Shown piece by piece: positions 24,877 to 36,451 of a stretch of 59,205 nucleotides of DNA. Positions within the stretch are counted from its first letter, which is position 1. Every line of letters starts with the position of its first letter. The notes under the pieces are model-generated. The model worked only from the letters and a program-made list of their open reading frames with translations, was not told the DNA's origin and did no database searches. Position numbers and translations under genes: made by a program. Source of the stretch: Macrostomum lignano (Eukaryota); contig NIVC01002894.1 of NCBI GenBank assembly GCA_002269645.1, positions 1-59,205 on the forward strand, given 5' to 3'.

Positions 24877-25344
24877 GCTGTGATTTTGTGACGCCTAGTC
24901 TAAACTTTGATGTCAAGCAAAAAAAATTCGCAGAATCTCAAGCAATACTCCTCATACTAGTTATTAGCTTCTGTTATATGGCCAGTGGGGAGAAAGTGTG
25001 TCCATGACCGTTGTATTGTTCAGTCAAATTCACTTCAGTCTCATGCTTTTGTTGTGGGGGAGTTGCTGGGATCGCGGCTGCATGCAATTCTGGGGGGTTG
25101 CGGGACAGGGAGGCAAAGGAAATGCGAGAGCGGCGAGGGAAGAGAGGGTGAGATCGGTAGGCCAGTGGTTGGTTGCTGGGCGCAGGGGGACAGACAGACA
25201 GAATGGAGAATGGAGATCTCGGTCGTACCTGCGGCCAGGGACTTCTAGGGTATGCAGCATCTGGATTGGAAATCGGCTGGCCGGACAAAAGGAACGAAAT
25301 CAGAGACATTGAGCTGTGATAAGTTTAAGTTAACACTAAATATT

Positions 25345-25692
25345 CCCCTAGTGTTAAAGCCCCTACAGTTAAAGCCCCTGGTGTTAAAGCCCCTGATGCT
25401 AAAGCCCCTGGTGCTAAAGCCCCTGATGCTAAAGCCCCTGATGCTAAAGCCCCTAGTGCTAAAGCCCCAGGTGCTAAAGCCCCAGGTGCTAAAGCCCCTG
25501 ATGCTAAAGCCCCAGATGCTAAAGCCCCTAGTGCTAAAGCCCCAGGTGCTAAAGCCCCTGATGCTAAAGCCCCTGATGCTAAAGCCCCTAGTGCTAAAGC
25601 CCCAGGTGCTAAAGCCCCTGATGCTAAAGCCCCTGATGCTAAAGCCCCTAGTGCTAAAGCCCCAGGTGCTAAAGCCCCTGGTGCTAAAGCCT
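25345..25692. repeat. 15-bp minisatellite, about 23 copies
   Basis: gctaaagcccctgat / gctaaagccccaggt units. Confidence 0.95.
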
Positions 25693-26174
25693 GACGATTA
25701 GAAAGTCAAAGGGCCACTATACTCCTTTTGTGAGCGTGTGTATGAGTGCGTACCTGCTTGCAGCATTGCACTCCAGATATCCTAGTTCTAGAACTCCATG
25801 GGCGCATATTAGTTGGGTAAAGGCGAGACTCAGAAACCTGGGGAAGTGGGAGTAGAAGAGGAGAGAAATCCTGGCTTATTTGGTTATAGCCCGTACAATG
25901 CAGTGTGCGTCAGCTTGCATTATGCAAGTGTCTGACATGCATCAGGTCTTCCATTGTGTTTTAGTGCTGGCTTCAATGCTCTGCTGTGAATCTTTTCCTC
26001 TACCTGGTTCATATATGCAATATGCTTATATTTTTTGTTGTGTTGTGCAATCAACAAGCTCACAGTGTTGTACGAGCGTAGGATTATTATTTTGCACTTT
26101 TAGGACCACTTAACGGACACTTTGGATTGAAAACTAAGAGGTTGGGTAAAGGAAGACAGAGATTACTTAACAGT

Positions 26175-26500
26175 TAGAGTAGGAGAGGGAGAGGGAGATA
26201 GAGAGGGGGATGGGAGAGGAAGAGAGAGAGGGAGAGGCAGAGAGAGAGGGAGAGAGAGAGGGAGAGGGAGAGGGAGAGGGAGAGGGAGAGGAAGAGGGAG
26301 AGGGAGAGGAAGAGGGAGAGGGAGAGGGAGAGGGTGAAGGAGAGGGTGAGGGAGAGAGAGGGAGAGGGAGAGGAAGAGGAAGAGGGAGAGGGAGAGGGAG
26401 AGGGTGAGGGTGAGGGAGAGGGTGAGGGAGAGAGAGGGAGAGGGAGAGGGAGAGGGAGAGGGAGAGGGAGAGGGAGACGGTGAGGGAGAGGGAGAGGAAA
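26175..26500. repeat. (GAGAGG)n purine tract
   Basis: gagggagagggagag runs. Confidence 0.9.
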
Positions 26501-27044
26501 AGACGTACAGCAAATGGCAGGGTAAACTGTAAAAAAATACTATGATACAGTAATAAAAGCTATTTGAGTTCAAGGTGAAGTGCTCAGCCAGTTTCAGCCG
26601 ACCCGCCGTGTCCTGAGCAGACAAACACGCTCTGGCGTCCCTCCACATGCAGTCGAAAATCCTGTCAATTTAATCAGCGCCTCGTTTGCAAGTCCAAAAA
26701 TAGCAATTAGGCAATCAAAAATGAGAAAACTTCGACACCCACTCAAGCGCTGAGACAAATGACTCAGCGAGTGACGCGCCTAATCTCTTATCGTCTCTCT
26801 GGCCTCTAATTAGAAAAAGGCTGTTTTACTTGACAGCAAATTTTAAGGCTATGACAGACTAACAGACTTACTGGCGCTGTTTTAGAATTTTGTCTTAACA
26901 GTATATAATGAGGGTTGTAACACCTGCAGTTTACCTGTGGTTTACTTCTTTTGCATCGAGAAGTCTTTGTTATTAAGGTGAGTCTTACTGTTAATCCATG
27001 AGATTAAATATTGAAGCAAACTCACATTTAGTCATCGAATCATT

Positions 27045-27478
27045 TATATAGCTTATAGCGCCATTCTACGCGTAGCTTGTGGCGCCATTCTACACGTAGC
27101 TTTTGGCACCATTCTACGCGTAGCTTGTGGCGCCATTCTACACGTAGCTTTTGGCGCCATTCTACACCGAAGCTTGTGGCGCCATTCTACGTAGCTTGTG
27201 GCGCATTCTACAAAGCTTGTGGCATTCTACACCAAGGTTGTGGCGCCATTTTACACGTAGCTTTTGACGCCTTTCTAGGTCGTACACGTAGCTTTTGGCG
27301 CCATTCTACTCGTAGCTTGTGGCGCCATTCTACGCGTAGCTTGTGGCGCCATTCCACTCGTAGCTTTTGGCGCCATTCTACACCGAAGCTTTTGGCGCTA
27401 ATTTACGCGTAGCTGGTGGCGCCATTCTACACCGAAGCTTGTGGCGCTATTCTACGCGTAGCTTGTGGCGCCATTCTT
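27045..27478. repeat. 22-24-bp minisatellite
   Basis: tagcttgtggcgccattctacacg units. Confidence 0.9.
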
Positions 27479-27797
27479 TTATTACAATTTAATTGTAACA
27501 ACAATTAACAACAATTTAATTCAATTTTTATTGCAATTTAATGTATCGATTGTAATAAAATGCCTCGCTACTCTACTAAGAGTAGCGGGCCAGAGAATAT
27601 TTTAACCCATTTTTGTATTTTTAGTAGGAACCTTGGCCATAGAAGACAAAGATTTGTACTTTTTAAATATTTACGAGCATTTTTAACGTTAAGTAGTTTT
27701 TGTCAATAATTGGATGGGAGAAGTCTCTGAGGACGCAGACACAGAGAGGGAGCGAAAGGACTTAAGCTTATCAATAAAATTACGTCAAACAGTCGGA

Positions 27798-28052
27798 ATG
27801 AACCGATCGACCAAGTCATTGCGCACCGTCGGAGCTGCCGCATCCTTGCCTCCACTGTTGGCTTCCTTAACTCTGCTTCTGCTTCTGGCTAGTTTGCCCT
27901 CGACAATGGTTGCCATGCCAACAGCTGCTTCAAACGGCTCAAGGATCAACAGCAGCGCCAGCGGGAGGTCGCAGTACTCAGCTAGCGGAGTCGCCTCGTT
28001 CAGCTCGTCCAACCACCTTCAGGCTGAGTTCATCATGATCTACGAGAACTGA
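27798..28052 (+). CDS. Putative 84-aa secreted peptide (single exon)
   Basis: MNRSTKSLRTVGAAASLPPLLASLTLLLLLASLPSTMVA (signal-peptide-like) followed by a Ser-rich mature part ending HLQAEFIMIYEN*; a GC-rich island within AT-rich DNA. Confidence 0.4.
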   Translation: MNRSTKSLRTVGAAASLPPLLASLTLLLLLASLPSTMVAMPTAASNGSRINSSASGRSQYSASGVASFSSSNHLQAEFIMIYEN

Positions 28053-28414
28053 CTCTATTTTTTGCTTTTTTCCAATATATCAACACCATGTGCTACTGCT
28101 GCTACTTACAATATCATTATCAGTATTTGCTATACCGACTGACATTGTTTCCGGCTTTATCGCACATTGTTGGTAAAACAAACTATGTACAAACAACAGC
28201 CCCAATTCTGGGTGGTCTGTGTGTTTCTGAGAATTTCTTTAAAAAACTGCTTCTTCCGCTAATTTTTTTAAATTATGATATTAAAATAAAAAAACTTTAT
28301 ACCGGTTTAACACAAGGTAATGAACTCTGTGACATCAACACAATGATACTATAATTAACTTTGAGATTTTGGTTATTTAACTGTCTGTTTTTTGGTTTCA
28401 AACGTGCTCAACCC

Positions 28415-29060
28415 CAGAGGCACTGGACCCACCAAATGTCAAATATACCATTGGACCCACCAAATGTCAAATATACCATTGGACCACCAAAATGTCAAAT
28501 ATACCATTGGACCCACCAAAATGTCAAATATACCATTGGACCCAATGTCAAATATACCATTGGACCACTGTCAAATATACCATTGGACCCCACAATGTCA
28601 AATATACCATTGGACCCACCAAAATGTCAAATATACCATTGGACCCACCACAGTGTCAATATACCATAGACCTACCACAATGTCAAATATACCATTGACC
28701 TACCACAATGTCAAATATACCATACCTACCACAATGTCAAATATACCATTGGACCCACCAAAATGTCAAATATACCATTGGACCCACCAAAATGTCAAAT
28801 ATACCATTGACCACCAGTGTCAAATATACCATACCCACCAAAATGTCAAATATACCATTGGACCCACCAAAATGTCAAATATACCATTGGACCCACCAAA
28901 ATGTCAAATATACCATACCTGTCAAATATACCATAGTCAAATATACCATACCACCAGTGTCAAATATACCATTGGACCTACCAAAATGTCAAATATACCA
29001 TTGACCCACCAAATGTCAAATATACCATACCACCAGTCACCTACCAAAAACCATACCAAA
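28415..29060. repeat. About 28-bp minisatellite, indel-rich
   Basis: aatgtcaaatataccattggacccacca units. Confidence 0.9.
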
Positions 29061-29069
29061 AATGTCACC

Positions 29070-30195
29070 TAGAAATAACTGAAGCATCGACTTTAGGAAC
29101 TTTAAAATGATCAATGAAAAAAGATTAAATTTCACCACCAATACAATTTCAGTTGCTCGCGGCCAAAGAAACTCTGCAACATTTCGTTAGCTGCAAAATG
29201 GCAGTCGTCAATCCTCGCCATTCGCAGGCCTGCTTCGTTCACCGTCTGGTTGGTCATTGTCTGGCCAATGCTGTCAGCTCTGCAGTTGGCGATTCGCTCA
29301 TAAAATTCGGATCATACTGAGGAACAGAAGACAGTACCAACCGAACGACTCAGCCACTCAATGAAGCTGAGCAGGAAGCGGTGAAGCTGAGAGTCAAGGC
29401 TGGTAGACGATGTCGCGATACAATGCTGTCAATTCATGCAGTGCTCGGAATTAAAAAATCTGTTATACCATAGACCTACCACAGTGTCAAATATACCATA
29501 GACCTACCACAATGTCAAATATACCATAGACCTACCACAATGTCAAATATACCATAGACCTACCACAGTGTCAAATATACCATAGACCTACCACAGTGTC
29601 AAATATACCATAGACCTACCACAGTGTCAAATATACCATAGACCTACCACAATGTCAAATATACCATAGACCTACCACAATGTCAAATATACCATCGCTC
29701 ACCTACCAAAAATGTCAATGCACCATAGAGGGATAACTGAAGCGTCGACTTTAGGAACTTTAAAATGATTTTTATTTCAATGAGCCGCCAAAAAAAGATT
29801 AATTTTTTTCACCACCCAATCAACAATTTCAGTTGCTCGCGGGCCAAAGAAACTCTGCAACATTTCGTTAGCTGCAAAATGGCAGTCGCTCAATCCTCGC
29901 CATTCGCAGGCCTGCTTCGTTCAGCCGTCTGGTTGGTCATTGTCTGGCCAATGCTGTCAGCTCTGCAGTTGGCGATTCGGCTCATGAAATTCGGATCATC
30001 GCGTACTGAGGAACAGAAGACAGTCAGTTGCCAACCGAACGACTCAGCCACTCATTGCTGGGCTGATGAAGCTGAGCAGGAAGCGGTGAAGCTGAGAGTC
30101 AAGGCTGGTAGACGATGTCGCGATGTCAGCAATGCTGTCAATTCTGCTGCTGCTCATGCAGTGCTGATGTCGGAGGCTGATTAAAAAATCTGTTA
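29070..30195. repeat. Direct duplication (29070-29460 vs 29725-30195) separated by a 28-bp array at 29466-29720
   Basis: Same sequence twice (gactttaggaactttaaaatgat...ttaaaaaatctgttat). The first copy differs almost only by small deletions. Confidence 0.9.
29879..30184 (+). CDS. Possible small (101-aa) single-pass membrane protein or exon
   Basis: MAVAQSSPFAGLLRSAVWLVIVWPMLSALQLAIRLM hydrophobic stretch; acceptor-like caatttcag at 29832; no recognised motif. Confidence 0.3.
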   Translation: MAVAQSSPFAGLLRSAVWLVIVWPMLSALQLAIRLMKFGSSRTEEQKTVSCQPNDSATHCWADEAEQEAVKLRVKAGRRCRDVSNAVNSAAAHAVLMSEAD

Positions 30196-31387
30196 TGAGG
30201 TCTGTTTATTTGCTGTAAAATGCGTTGACCAGTGCATTTGGTTCTTCACTGCTTGTTGGTGATGGTCCTTAGAAGCCAGAAGCTTCAAGCACGAACCACG
30301 AGTTTGTTTTAAATAACAATTACCAAGAACGCTACATTATACATTCTGTTGTAATCGAACTTTTCCATTTTTTTCTTGTATTTCGACTCCATTTGTTATA
30401 ATCTGTTTATTGTTGTTTAATTACTGACAATGTCCGAACAGTTTTGGAGCTGTACACCCACATAAAACTAAACACAAAAATTCATACAGGTGAATTAAAA
30501 AATCACGCAGGCGTAAACTTAGATATAAAAATATTTGTTTATTACCCCTCCAAAACCGGCAGCGACGTGAGAGCGTTTTTGTACTTTTAATCCAAGCTTT
30601 ATTCATTTGCTTCAAGTCGCTAAAGAATGACAAAATAAAAGGTCAGACACGCTTTTTCGACAAAATTTTAGTAAGATAATAAAAATCTTAGAGTATAAAA
30701 AGTTAAAGCTAAATAGATGATTCAAACTGGCGCCAAAAATCTAGGATGTATTCAAACAAAAGCATAATATTCTACGTCACTACTAGTAGTGGCCTATAAG
30801 TCGAACGAAGAAAAACTATCGTAAGATTTTGGCGCTAATTTGAAAGTGAGGAACAGGGCAACAAGTTTTTTGTAGTGCTCTGGTTGTGAAAAAAATACGG
30901 TAACAATTCAAATGCAACGGAAATTGTTTATACTAGCTGCGAAATATGGCGAACCAAATTGAAACGAGAAATATAAAACATCACGTAACAGCTCTCTTAG
31001 AAAAAAGTGAACCGACTTTCAGCTAACAGTCAATCATCATTGACGTATGAAAAGTCACTTCAGATAAACAAAATGCATAAAAACTTACCAGAGAAAGAAA
31101 TGAACGGAAATAATTTAAGATAGAAAAACATCTTAAAAATACAAATATTGCATTGGCAAAAGTACACAAAAGATTTCTATAAAAGTAAACTTGTTAAAAA
31201 GCAGCAATTCATTGCATGCACAATGTTCATCAGCTATGCTTGAATTGTCGACAGTTGCATTTGATTAACCCAATAACAACAGGATATGTCGTAGAGAGCC
31301 TTAAAACATTTGTAGAGACGTGCGATTGTTACTCTTTAGCTACTGTATATGTACGTTTAGTTGCGTTTTGCAGGTTAGGCTGACGGG

Positions 31388-31846
31388 CTACTCGTAGGCG
31401 CTGCTTCGAGTTCTTGGCGAATCCCCGACGTCTCGGTGCCGCCTGCAGCAGCGGCTGTTGCAAGTCCACACGGGCAGCTTCACCCGGCACTGCTGCTCAC
31501 CAGCAGCGCCATTGAGTTCGGTGAAAATACCACCAGTAGGCGACGATTTCAGTTTTGCTCGACGTTGCTCGAACGCCTCGGCGACAGCGTTGTCTAAGCG
31601 ATTGGAGTTGTTTTTTGGCTGATGATGATCTTGCTGCTGTTGTTGTTGCTTTTTCGTTTGCTGCTGCTTCTGCAAGCTCTCCACATTGGTTATCGTGGCA
31701 CGCCGAGTTGACGTGTGACCTGCCGCAGACACGGCCGCGAACAGAGCGGTCGATGGCGCGGCCACTGCTGGCACTGACGGGGCTGAAGGTCGCGCATCCG
31801 CTGTAGGGGCGCTGGATATCTCTGACAATGGCCGGCACTGCTGCTT

Positions 31847-31897
<51 letters not shown>

Positions 31898-34856
31898 ATT
31901 GTTAGATTTAGTGTAGAAACGGTACTATGTTTCTAAGAAATGTTAGTTTTTAAATATGCGCAGAAATTTAAATTTTTGTTTTACTGTACGAAATATTTTC
32001 AGTACTCTATTTTTGTTTTAAATACACCCGAAAATTTGACTATAAGTTAGAATAGAGAAAGCAACCTGTTCCTACATAAATCTCAAGCTTAAACATTGAA
32101 CTTGTTCACTAAATTCATTCTCAGATTACTAAGTGTTGGTCATTTTACAGTAGGAGATCCTAAGAAGTGTTCAGAGAAACTCACTGAGGTGAAGGAGTTG
32201 GGAGATATCCAAAGAGATACGAAAAGTTGCGCCGTGACTCTCTGGTCCCGGTAAAGCCCGGATTCGAAAAGTACATATATCAGTAAGACAGGCCAGAAGT
32301 ACAGAGACGCTACCAGACTTATACAGAGACGCTAACAGACTTATACAGAGACGAACCAGACTTATACAGAGACGCTACCAGACTTATACAGAGACGCTAC
32401 CAGACTTATACAGAGACGCTACCAGACTTATACAGAGACGCTACCAGACTTATACAGAGACGCTACCAGACTTATACAGAGACGCTAAATACGCTACCCT
32501 TATACGAGACCAGAAGACGCACTTATTGCGACAGACTTCTCCGAAACATTCAACTAAGATTAGGATTTCTAAAAACGAGAGAAGAATCCCTGGCTCAACT
32601 TGGGTTGCAGTAGTGGAATAAGTTCTAGAAGACAGAAGTATCACCCCTGTTACAGTAGCAACGTGGTCCTTGGTCAATACTGAGCTGGTTGGTTGCATCG
32701 GTACCCGGCTTGTTGCTGTGACCTGATGCTGTCGCTTTTGCTGCATGTTTTTCTCTTGTCGTTGCTGTTTTGGTTGCATTTGTTGCTGCTGCTGCTGATG
32801 GGATTCTGCTGCTGCCGTTGGAAGGCTGCTGCAGAGTTCGCTGCTGTGCCTGCTCTGGTTCAGTACTAACACTGATCGGCGGACTGGCGGCGCAGTTTCC
32901 AATTTGGACCTTCGAAGCAACTGCCAGCCCGCCTGATTCTGCGCGGCCGTAGTGACGGCGACTTGGAAGGTTTCAGCTGTGATGGACGACAGAGTTCAGC
33001 AGTGTTCAGATTCGAACCAGGGACCGTAGCGCGAGAGTCGGACGCGTTCACCGCCATCGCATCGCCTCTCTGCCTATACGTACACCAAGAAGCGCTTCAA
33101 TCAACTCAAAAGCAGCTGGAATCTGCTTTTAAAAGTATGAAACTTTTCCAGGAAGCATCCCGGATGCTCAAGTCTCTCACTAACCTGCAGCTCGGTCTTT
33201 TCTCTTCCTCCCTATGCTGCCGACGCCGCTGCCTTCGCCACCGATGCCGCCAACGCCTGTAGCTGTGCGATTCTCTTTTGTCTGCCGCATCCCGCTGCTC
33301 AAACTCTTCACTGTCGCTCATAAACAGCCGATCGTCGGTGCAGCTGTCGCAGGTGTCGGCGTGGCTCTCGGCCGCCGCCACTGCCGCTGCTGCCTCTTGA
33401 TTGTCTCTCCTCAGTCCGAGACCGTCTCCGCCAGCCCGGGCAGTCGTGATGTGCAGCATGCCGTCACTGGTGGCGCTGTCGATGCAGCACGGCAGTAGGA
33501 ACCTGCGGCAACCGCGTGTTTTGCTCGGCTTGACTATACAACCGATTAACTGGGGCATGTAAGCACGTCATAACTCGTTTTTTAAGCATAGATTTTGTCA
33601 GCCAATGTTGATGAGGCAAGATAAGCGAGCTGTCTGTGGTCCAAGTTTCGAACTTATCAGCGCATGATCGACCTGACTGGATTAGTCATCTGCTATGTGC
33701 ACTGGGAGATGCAAATCTTTTTAGGATCTGTCCCGGAAGGATATTTTACATACGGGCGCTTGTGACATTTGGAGCTTGTGACATTTGGAGCTTGTGACAT
33801 TTGGAGCTTGTGACATTTGGAGATTGTGACATTTGGAGCTTGTGACATTTGGAGATTGTGACATTTGGAGCTTGTGATATTTGGAGCTTGTGACATTTTT
33901 AGCTTGTAACATTTGTAGCTTGTGATATTTGGAGCTTGTGATATTTGGAGCTTGTGACATTTGGAGCTTGTGACATTTGGAGCTTGTGACATTTGGAGCT
34001 TGTGACATTTGGAGCTTGTGACATTTGGAGATTGTGACATTTGGAGCTTGTGACATTTGGAGCTTGTGACATTTGGAGCTTGTGACATTTGGAGCTTGTG
34101 ACATTTAGAGCTTGTGACATTTGGAGCTTGTGACATTTGGAGATTGTGACATTTGGAGCTTGTGACATTTTTAGCTTGCGACGTTCTGAGCCTGTAACGC
34201 TCTGAGATTGTGACGTTTTGACTTTACAACTTCAAAATTGGTCTGAGTATTTGGTTCTGAGCGATATTTCACCTTAATATACGAGTGATAGTAATTTAGT
34301 GTACCCAAAGATATATGACATCGTTGACCAATTATTTAACCACAAACAGTTCCTAACCACAAATTTTTATATTTTTCGCAACATTAAAACAAAACATGAA
34401 AATTTATCTGCGGATTAAGCATTTGTAACTATTTAATTAGTAAATCGGTTCATCCAACGGAACAGCCCCAGACCGAACTTGACAAACATGCCGGCGTAGC
34501 ACAGCTTCTGCTCTCGGAAGCTCACCGTCATGCAGCACAGATGGGCCTGGAAGCTGCTCAGCATGATGCAGAATGCCACCTGCACGTTGGAGAGAAAGTA
34601 CATCAGCAGGTAGCTGTTGATGAAGGTCATGTAGGACTGGCTGCGGCGCTCACTATTTGTAACTGCGATGAGGACAGACGGGCGATATGGAGAAATAAAT
34701 TGGCATCTTAATGTTAATTAATTCAAACACACCCACACGAAGACAAACACTAATGAAAAAAATTAAGAAAACACGAAGGAAGTCAATACGACTGACGCTG
34801 AGACCAACCTAGACAGACAATAAGACAGATATGAAGACAGACACTAGAATTTTAAA

Positions 34857-34955
<99 letters not shown>

Positions 34956-35488
34956 GGCAGACAGACAGACAGGCAGACAGGCAGACAGACAGGCAGGCAG
35001 ACAGACAGACAGACAGACAGGCAGACAGACAGACAGATAGACAGCACACAGACAGACACAGACAGATCACATTGCGCACTGTTGTAACCAAGCGCGGCGA
35101 TGCTGAGCTGTCTCTGAGACATGTGAACGGCCAGGGCGCCAGTCAGGTGCGAGAAGCCCAGTGGCGGCAGCAGCACGGCCAGACAAGCGCAATTGGCTAG
35201 CAGGCAGGCGTAGGTGAAACCGCAGGTGCTCCACATTCGGACACCGCGAATCAGGAAGCCGCAAACGATGACACAGAGGCCGCACAGCAGGTGGCTGAGG
35301 TGGATCAGAGGGCGCAGCTTGTCGAGATCTGGACGGGTGCTCATCATCATCTGCAGGCCGGTGGTCACCTGCAGACTGGCGCCGAACCCCAGCTGAAGGG
35401 CGCCAATCTTCTCCATCCATCGGATGTTCTCGCGAATCACCAGCAGGTCGCTGCGCCACTGGTTCGCTCGGCGATTCTGGCTGAGCAT
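31388..35488 (-). CDS. CD20/MS4A-like four-transmembrane protein with a long Q/A-rich disordered C-terminal tail, about 5 exons
   Basis: Exons about 35488-35071, 34662-34488, 33502-(33185 to 33250, end uncertain), 32976-32645, 31894-31388. TM1 IGALQLGFGASL; TM2 LLCGLCVIVCGFLI; TM3 YACLLANCACLAVLL; TM4 LMYFLSNVQVAFCIMLSSFQAHLCC. Confidence 0.6.
32298..32490. repeat. 22-bp minisatellite, about 8 copies
   Basis: accagacttatacagagacgct units. Confidence 0.95.
32990..33065 (-). mobile_element. tRNA-derived SINE-like head
   Basis: - strand GATGGCGGTGAACGCGTCCGACTCTCGCGCTACGGTCCCTGGTTCGAATC (box A-like plus box B). Confidence 0.45.
33762..34170. repeat. 16-bp minisatellite, about 25 copies
   Basis: gtgacatttggagctt units. 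Confidence 0.95.
34820..35066. repeat. (GACA)n microsatellite
   Basis: acagacag run. Confidence 0.95.
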
Positions 35489-35659
35489 GACTCCGAGTTA
35501 TAGCGGTTTTGTTGTTCTTGTGTGCTCAAACTTCGCTGTGTTTTAGGTTTTTACGTGTATTTGCATTGCCTAGGCATGCCTATTTGCATGCCTATTTTAC
35601 GTGTATTTACGTGTCCATGGTTTTACCATAGACTGTTTATCTGTTCGCAGCGCGAGCCG

Positions 35660-35660
35660 C

Positions 35661-35705
<45 letters not shown>
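35660..35705. repeat. (CTAT)n microsatellite
   Basis: ctatctat run. Confidence 0.95.
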
Positions 35706-35706
<1 letters not shown>

Positions 35707-35956
35707 CTCTAGTGTTTGCCAGAAATAGGCACAGGGATATGCAAATAAAATCACTGCAGTCCTTGAAAAGCTGAGATGGCTGGTTCTGAGGCAATTTCCG
35801 AAAGATATTTGATACAAAAATTGTTTTTGATGGGTGAAAACTGTTGGCTGTCGGATGTGTTGACACAGCCCAGAGATTGCAGGTTTGTTTGGCCAGACGC
35901 TGTTGTTAGAAATATTTTTTAGAAATAAAATTATTTTAGTATCGAGCTGAAGCAAT

Positions 35957-36140
35957 AGGGAGTGACAGCTGGCCCTGAAAGATCAGGGAGTGACAGCCGG
36001 ACCTGAAGGATCAGGGAGTGACAGCCGGACCTGAAGGATCAGGGAGTGACAGCCGGACTTGAAGGATCAGGGAGTGACAGCCGGACCTGAAGGATCAGGG
36101 AGTGACAGCCGCCCCTGAAGGATCAGGGAGTGACAGCCGA
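35957..36140. repeat. 28-bp minisatellite, about 6 copies
   Basis: gatcagggagtgacagccggacctgaag units. Confidence 0.9.
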
Positions 36141-36451
36141 CAGTAACTCCAGGAATTTCCCATCTGTAGGCCAAACAGATTTTCGCCAAAGTTGTTCTAC
36201 CGTAAAAGTCCTTTGGCCCCTGCGATGCCATAAAAATACAGCAGAGGAACTCCTGACACCGTGCAGATTTTTTAGTAATGAATGCACAGGCTGAGACTGA
36301 GTACAGTCAGACACGGCTTCCTTCATGACAGCCAGCCAATAGGATTGCGTTGAAATATCTGGTTGGATAAAGTAAACCTGATTTGAGGATAAAACCGTGA
36401 ATCTGTTGCTTTTAGAAGCAGCGAAACAGCAGCAGAAAGAGTAGCAAAAAG

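Noticed and set aside
24974-25312. GC-rich ORFs upstream of the TBC1D2 start
   Set aside because: No motif and open in several frames; more likely 5' UTR, promoter or a TE fragment.
32990-33065. Genuine tRNA genes at 18.4, 33.0 and 37.7 kb
   Set aside because: Box B is present but I could not fold a full cloverleaf with acceptor stem; treated as SINE-like heads.
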